A stretch of 45,207 nt of DNA. Origin: a virus. Position numbers and translations under genes: made by a program. Shown here piece by piece: positions 42,253 to 45,207 of this stretch. The notes beneath the pieces were generated by a model, which saw only the letters and a program-made list of their open reading frames with translations, ran no database searches and was not told the DNA's origin. Numbering within the stretch: position 1 is the first letter of the stretch; each line of letters opens with the position of its first letter. The stretch lies in the IMG/VR virus record IMGVR_UViG_3300022917_000005. The stretch is one strand, 5' to 3'.

Positions 42253-42759
42253 CTACGACAGGTCCTCAGGGTCGATGCCTACCAGCTCGTAGCGCACGCT
42301 GCCCTGAATCTCCAGCTTGCCGGCAGCGTCGAGCCCCATGAGCTTCCTGGTCTCCGCGTCCATCTTCGCCGCCGTCTCGATCGCGCGCAGCTTGCCGGTG
42401 TAGTCGCGCACCACCTCGCCGTTCTCGTCATAGAAGATCGAGCCATCCTTGCCCACCGCCACGGGGGCAGCCGCGAGATCTGCGATCTCGAGCGCGCGCT
42501 CAGTCAGCTCCGCGTACAGCCCCAGACTCTGCTGCCGCATCTCATCGAGGTCCGGCGCGGGGATGTTGGCACGAACTTCGCGGATAATCTCAGAAACGCG
42601 CTGCTGCGAAATTCCGAGATCATCCGCGATCTGCTCTTGATTCTGGCGATAGACCGTGTACAGGCGCCAAACCTGGCCGTTGCGCCCTTCGTAGCGAGCT
42701 GCGCCCCGTTGTCCACGGCGCTCCCTCATGGCACGGGCAAGCTCATCGCCGGCACTCAT
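42253..42759 (-). CDS. terS: Terminase small subunit (sigma-70 region-4-like HTH)
   Basis: QEQIADDLGISQQRVSEIIREV HTH. ATG at 42759 after GGGAG; alternative start at 42828. Ends in TAG at 42255-42253. Confidence 0.65.
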   Translation of the reverse strand: MSAGDELARAMRERRGQRGAARYEGRNGQVWRLYTVYRQNQEQIADDLGISQQRVSEIIREVRANIPAPDLDEMRQQSLGLYAELTERALEIADLAAAPVAVGKDGSIFYDENGEVVRDYTGKLRAIETAAKMDAETRKLMGLDAAGKLEIQGSVRYELVGIDPEDLS

Positions 42760-42957
42760 GATGATCAACTCCCACGGGGGCTCACTAGACAGGTCTGTCT
42801 GCCAGGGTAGCTTATGGAGGGGCGCCATCGCTTCCGGTACGCCCTGTCAGCCGATCATAGATCGCGCGCCCCAGCACAGCCATCTGACGTACTCGCGTGT
42901 TCAGCGCAGCTACTCGATGCAAACGCTGAACGCCTTCTGTTAAGAAGGTTTACAACT

Positions 42958-43215
42958 CTACGCCCCGCGCCCCGCCACCTTGCCAGCCTTGTGCGTCGCG
43001 CGCCGGATCTGCGCGGGGGTGAGCTTCACGCTGCCGTTCTGCGCCCGGTACGCAGCCTCACGCTTGCCGTTGCCCATCGGCGTGGGCGCGCTCTGTGTGG
43101 CCTTGCGCACAGCCTCGCTCAGCTCCTTGACGCTCATCTTCGAGCGGCCGGCGATGGAGCGCTCCGCGGCCACCTTGCCGAGTTGGGTCTTGTTCATGCC
43201 CTTGTAGTTCGCCAT
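42958..43215 (-). CDS. Basic protein with a Rho_N/HeH (SAP-like) motif
   Basis: MNKTQLGKVAAERSIAGRSKMSVKELSEAV resembles the HeH/Rho-N fold motif. SD GGGGAAAAG. Confidence 0.5.
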   Translation of the reverse strand: MANYKGMNKTQLGKVAAERSIAGRSKMSVKELSEAVRKATQSAPTPMGNGKREAAYRAQNGSVKLTPAQIRRATHKAGKVAGRGA

Positions 43216-43260
43216 GATCTTTTCCCCTATCCCTGATCTGATAACCCGATTGAAACGTGT

Positions 43261-43277
43261 CAGTTGATATCTGAACT
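43261..43277. repeat. Palindromic motif copy
   Basis: CAGTTGATATCTGAACT. Confidence 0.45.
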
Positions 43278-43309
43278 AAAGAGGGGCGCCCCCGCGCCCC
43301 CGCCCCCTC
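43274..43309 (-). terminator. Terminator after CDS 43308..43583
   Basis: Minus strand reads GAGGGGGCG...CGCCCCTC followed by TTTAGTT. Confidence 0.5.
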
Positions 43310-43583
43310 ACTCCTCGAAAGCGGCAACCTCCGCTGCGATCATCTCCGCGGTCCACACGATCTGGCACTCGCACTTGCGGGTGCCCTCCGCCAGCTCGCG
43401 GAACATCTGCACCTCCATCGCCACACCCGAGGTGGTGATCTCCCCCAGCTCGCCATCCTCGATCAAGCCCTGCTCGATCATCACCTCCGCGTTCGCCTCG
43501 AAGCACCCCAGGTCGTGACCTGCCTCGGCAGCGATCATGCGCTCGATCTCGGCCCGCTCTGTGTGCTCCTGCGTCATCGTCAT
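43308..43583 (-). CDS. Leaderless acidic hypothetical protein (91 aa)
   Basis: ORF track; ATG 6 nt after the TAGACT -10 box. Confidence 0.6.
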   Translation of the reverse strand: MTMTQEHTERAEIERMIAAEAGHDLGCFEANAEVMIEQGLIEDGELGEITTSGVAMEVQMFRELAEGTRKCECQIVWTAEMIAAEVAAFEE

Positions 43584-43622
43584 ACCAGTAGTCTAGCCAC
43601 ACCCAGTTCAGATGTCAACTGG
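43584..43622 (-). promoter_or_regulatory. Leaderless promoter cassette
   Basis: TTGACA, 17 nt, TAGACT, 6 nt, ATG. Confidence 0.65.
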
Positions 43623-43648
43623 TCTCCACCAGAAAGGTTTGTTAACGG

Positions 43649-44422
43649 TTAGCGTGCTCCCTCCTTCGTCTTCCTCTCCTTGATCTTGAATAACTCATAC
43701 AACTCCGGGATCTCCAGCTCCAGCCCGAAGGAGCGCACAGCCTCCGCCATCCCCAGCTCGCGCACCAGCTTCACGGCAGCGGCGTGCTCCTCCTTCGCCT
43801 CCGCCACCTCGGCCACGCGCTGCTCCACGCCGGCATACCAGTCCACACCCACGCCAGCGAGCCACTCCCCGAGGTCCGCCAGCGTGGGCACGCTCCAGAA
43901 GGTCCGGCGCTTCCCCCAGATCCACATGCTCCCCCACCCTCCCGGCACGGAGTACGCCGCGCACGCCTGCTCCCCACGCTCCGGGTGCCGGCCGAAGCCG
44001 AGCTGCCAGATCTCCCGGATGCTGGTGGGTTTCCCCGTGGTGCCGTGCATCCCCGTGCCACGGGAGTGCGACACGCGCACCTCCCAGCCACCACCCTTCG
44101 CGGCCACCACCAGCTTCTCCACCACCTTCGGTATGGCGTGCTCCCTCGACTCGCACCAGTGCCCCGGGAGTTCCGGCGCCGGGTGCTCCAACTTTGCTCC
44201 CAGCTCCTCCCGACGCTGGGAGGAGCGCGGGTAGCCCACGACGGGCGAGTAGGCACCCAGCACTCCCACGGCGCCTCCGCCCCGGCACGGGCCGCACAGG
44301 GCATCCGCAACGTGCTCCGGAGTGGCCAGCGTGCCAGTGCCACAGCCGCGGCACTGGCAGCTCATGAGGTGCGACGCCTCCACCTCCGCGGGCTCCTCCC
44401 ATTCCCACGCCACCTCAGCCAC
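43649..44422 (-). CDS. Hypothetical protein (about 257 aa) with an N-terminal Cys cluster
   Basis: A GTG at 44422 overlaps the RusA stop (GTGGCTGA); the ORF-track start is 44440. Contains CQCRGCG...CGPC. Confidence 0.6.
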   Translation of the reverse strand: MAEVAWEWEEPAEVEASHLMSCQCRGCGTGTLATPEHVADALCGPCRGGGAVGVLGAYSPVVGYPRSSQRREELGAKLEHPAPELPGHWCESREHAIPKVVEKLVVAAKGGGWEVRVSHSRGTGMHGTTGKPTSIREIWQLGFGRHPERGEQACAAYSVPGGWGSMWIWGKRRTFWSVPTLADLGEWLAGVGVDWYAGVEQRVAEVAEAKEEHAAAVKLVRELGMAEAVRSFGLELEIPELYELFKIKERKTKEGAR

Positions 44423-44903
44423 AGGAAACAACCTTAACAATTACGCCAGGCAACTCACGCCCGATGCACCAGCGCTTGCCTTCACCCGGCCAGGAGAGGA
44501 CCTGCCTGTCATTCGCCAGCAAACCGCTCTGCTCCAGCGCATCCCCGATATTGCGATACAGCTTGTCCGTATCCCCGATATCGGTGGCATCCTCGATCCC
44601 ACCGCGATGCATCTCGATAATCGAGCCATCTGCCCCCACGCGACGCTCGAAGCGACATTCCGCGTAGACGCGCACCGCGCCAGTATATGGCTCCCAGCGC
44701 CCCATGCCGTCTTCCCACCCGATGATCTTGTTTCCCGCCTTGACGGGCACAATCCCCGTAACGCGCCGGATCTGCCGGATCATCTCCAGTTTCCACGGCT
44801 TCGAGGCGGGATTGTCTTCGATCATGTGGTGCTGCCGGCCACCTTGGCAAACCATCGATCCCTTCGGACGTGGCTTGCCAAGCACCTCAAACGTCAAAAT
44901 CAC
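44415..44903 (-). CDS. rusA: RusA-like Holliday junction resolvase
   Basis: GTG at 44903 (GTGA overlap). LGKPRPKGS ... DIGDTDKLYRNIGDALEQSGLLANDRQV matches RusA acidic motifs. Confidence 0.7.
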   Translation of the reverse strand: MILTFEVLGKPRPKGSMVCQGGRQHHMIEDNPASKPWKLEMIRQIRRVTGIVPVKAGNKIIGWEDGMGRWEPYTGAVRVYAECRFERRVGADGSIIEMHRGGIEDATDIGDTDKLYRNIGDALEQSGLLANDRQVLSWPGEGKRWCIGRELPGVIVKVVSCG

Positions 44904-45207
44904 TGCTCCCGCCCCACATACTCCGCGCCGCTCTCCAACCCACGCTCGGGCGAAGAAACCATCGAAGGCGACCACCCTGCCTCGATGAAGCGCATCCCCG
45001 CCTCGAAGCTGGACATCATTGAGCCTGCGAACATGCAGGGATTCTCCGTCATCCACCGCACCAGCTCCCCCGCAGTCTGAAAAACCGGAGAAGCGGGAGA
45101 TCCCTCCGTGGTGGTCTCCCAGAGCTGATATCCGGGACCTTCCGGAGGATCGATGCTCACCCACGCTTCGTAGAAGTTTTCCTCCTCTTCCTCCGAAAGC
45201 CCGTCCG
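44900..45207 (-). CDS. C-terminal part of the junction-spanning hypothetical CDS (see 1..209)
   Basis: The ORF-track ORF 44900..45160 continues upstream in frame through the window end. Confidence 0.6.
   Translation of the reverse strand, partial: DGLSEEEEENFYEAWVSIDPPEGPGYQLWETTTEGSPASPVFQTAGELVRWMTENPCMFAGSMMSSFEAGMRFIEAGWSPSMVSSPERGLESGAEYVGREQ
45081..45207. repeat. Terminal direct repeat copy 2
   Basis: Identical to 1-127. Confidence 0.9.

Noticed and set aside
42253-42255. Genome-wide TAG reassignment (amber to Gln) supported by a suppressor tRNA.
   Set aside because: Other TAG stops coincide with coupled starts or clean gene ends (portal ATGCGTAG at 37201-37208, terL at 39818, 38456). 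The only tRNA has no CTA in its anticodon loop. Only local readthrough or a relic remains plausible.

Overview
The window is a complete, circularly closed genome. Bases 1-127 are identical to 45081-45207, so the unique length is 45080 bp. It is a GC-rich, tailed, siphovirus-like phage. A WhiB-like domain, an FtsK/TraB-like translocase, a DUF2637-like membrane protein and many TANNNT-type leaderless promoters point to an actinobacterial host.

The genome has two divergent arms that start at a switch region near 4.1 kb and converge on a bidirectional hairpin near 20.3 kb.
- Plus arm (4177-20281): replication, recombination and accessory genes. These include a Nudix hydrolase, an SF2 helicase, MazG, a RecB-like exonuclease, one odd tRNA, an FtsK-like translocase, a WhiB-like fusion protein and many small ORFs.
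- Minus arm (4038 down through the circular junction to 20340): prim-pol/helicase, RusA, TerS, TerL, portal, ClpP-like protease, HK97-type capsid, connectors, tail tube, G/GT chaperone with a canonical -1 slippery site, tape measure, tail tip and the lysis cassette.

No integrase, partition system or recognisable repressor was found.

The most interesting signals are:
1. A roughly 20-bp palindrome (CCAGTTGACATCTGAACTGG) is present at least 15 times. It carries a consensus -35 box and, in eight or more copies, sits at fixed spacing from a TANNNT -10 box and an ATG, which predicts leaderless genes. It may also act as a multi-copy operator.
2. Near-identical promoter cassettes split terS from terL.
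3. A 19-codon hydrophobic tail lies in frame after the terS amber stop. A paralogous copy has CAG in place of TAG, and the differences between the copies are almost all synonymous.
4. A GTACGC-iteron and hairpin array lies next to the primase gene.
5. The single tRNA has a non-canonical anticodon arm.
6. A block of genes resembles actinomycete conjugative-element (AICE) transfer genes.

All functional calls come from motif reading by eye. No database searches were run.
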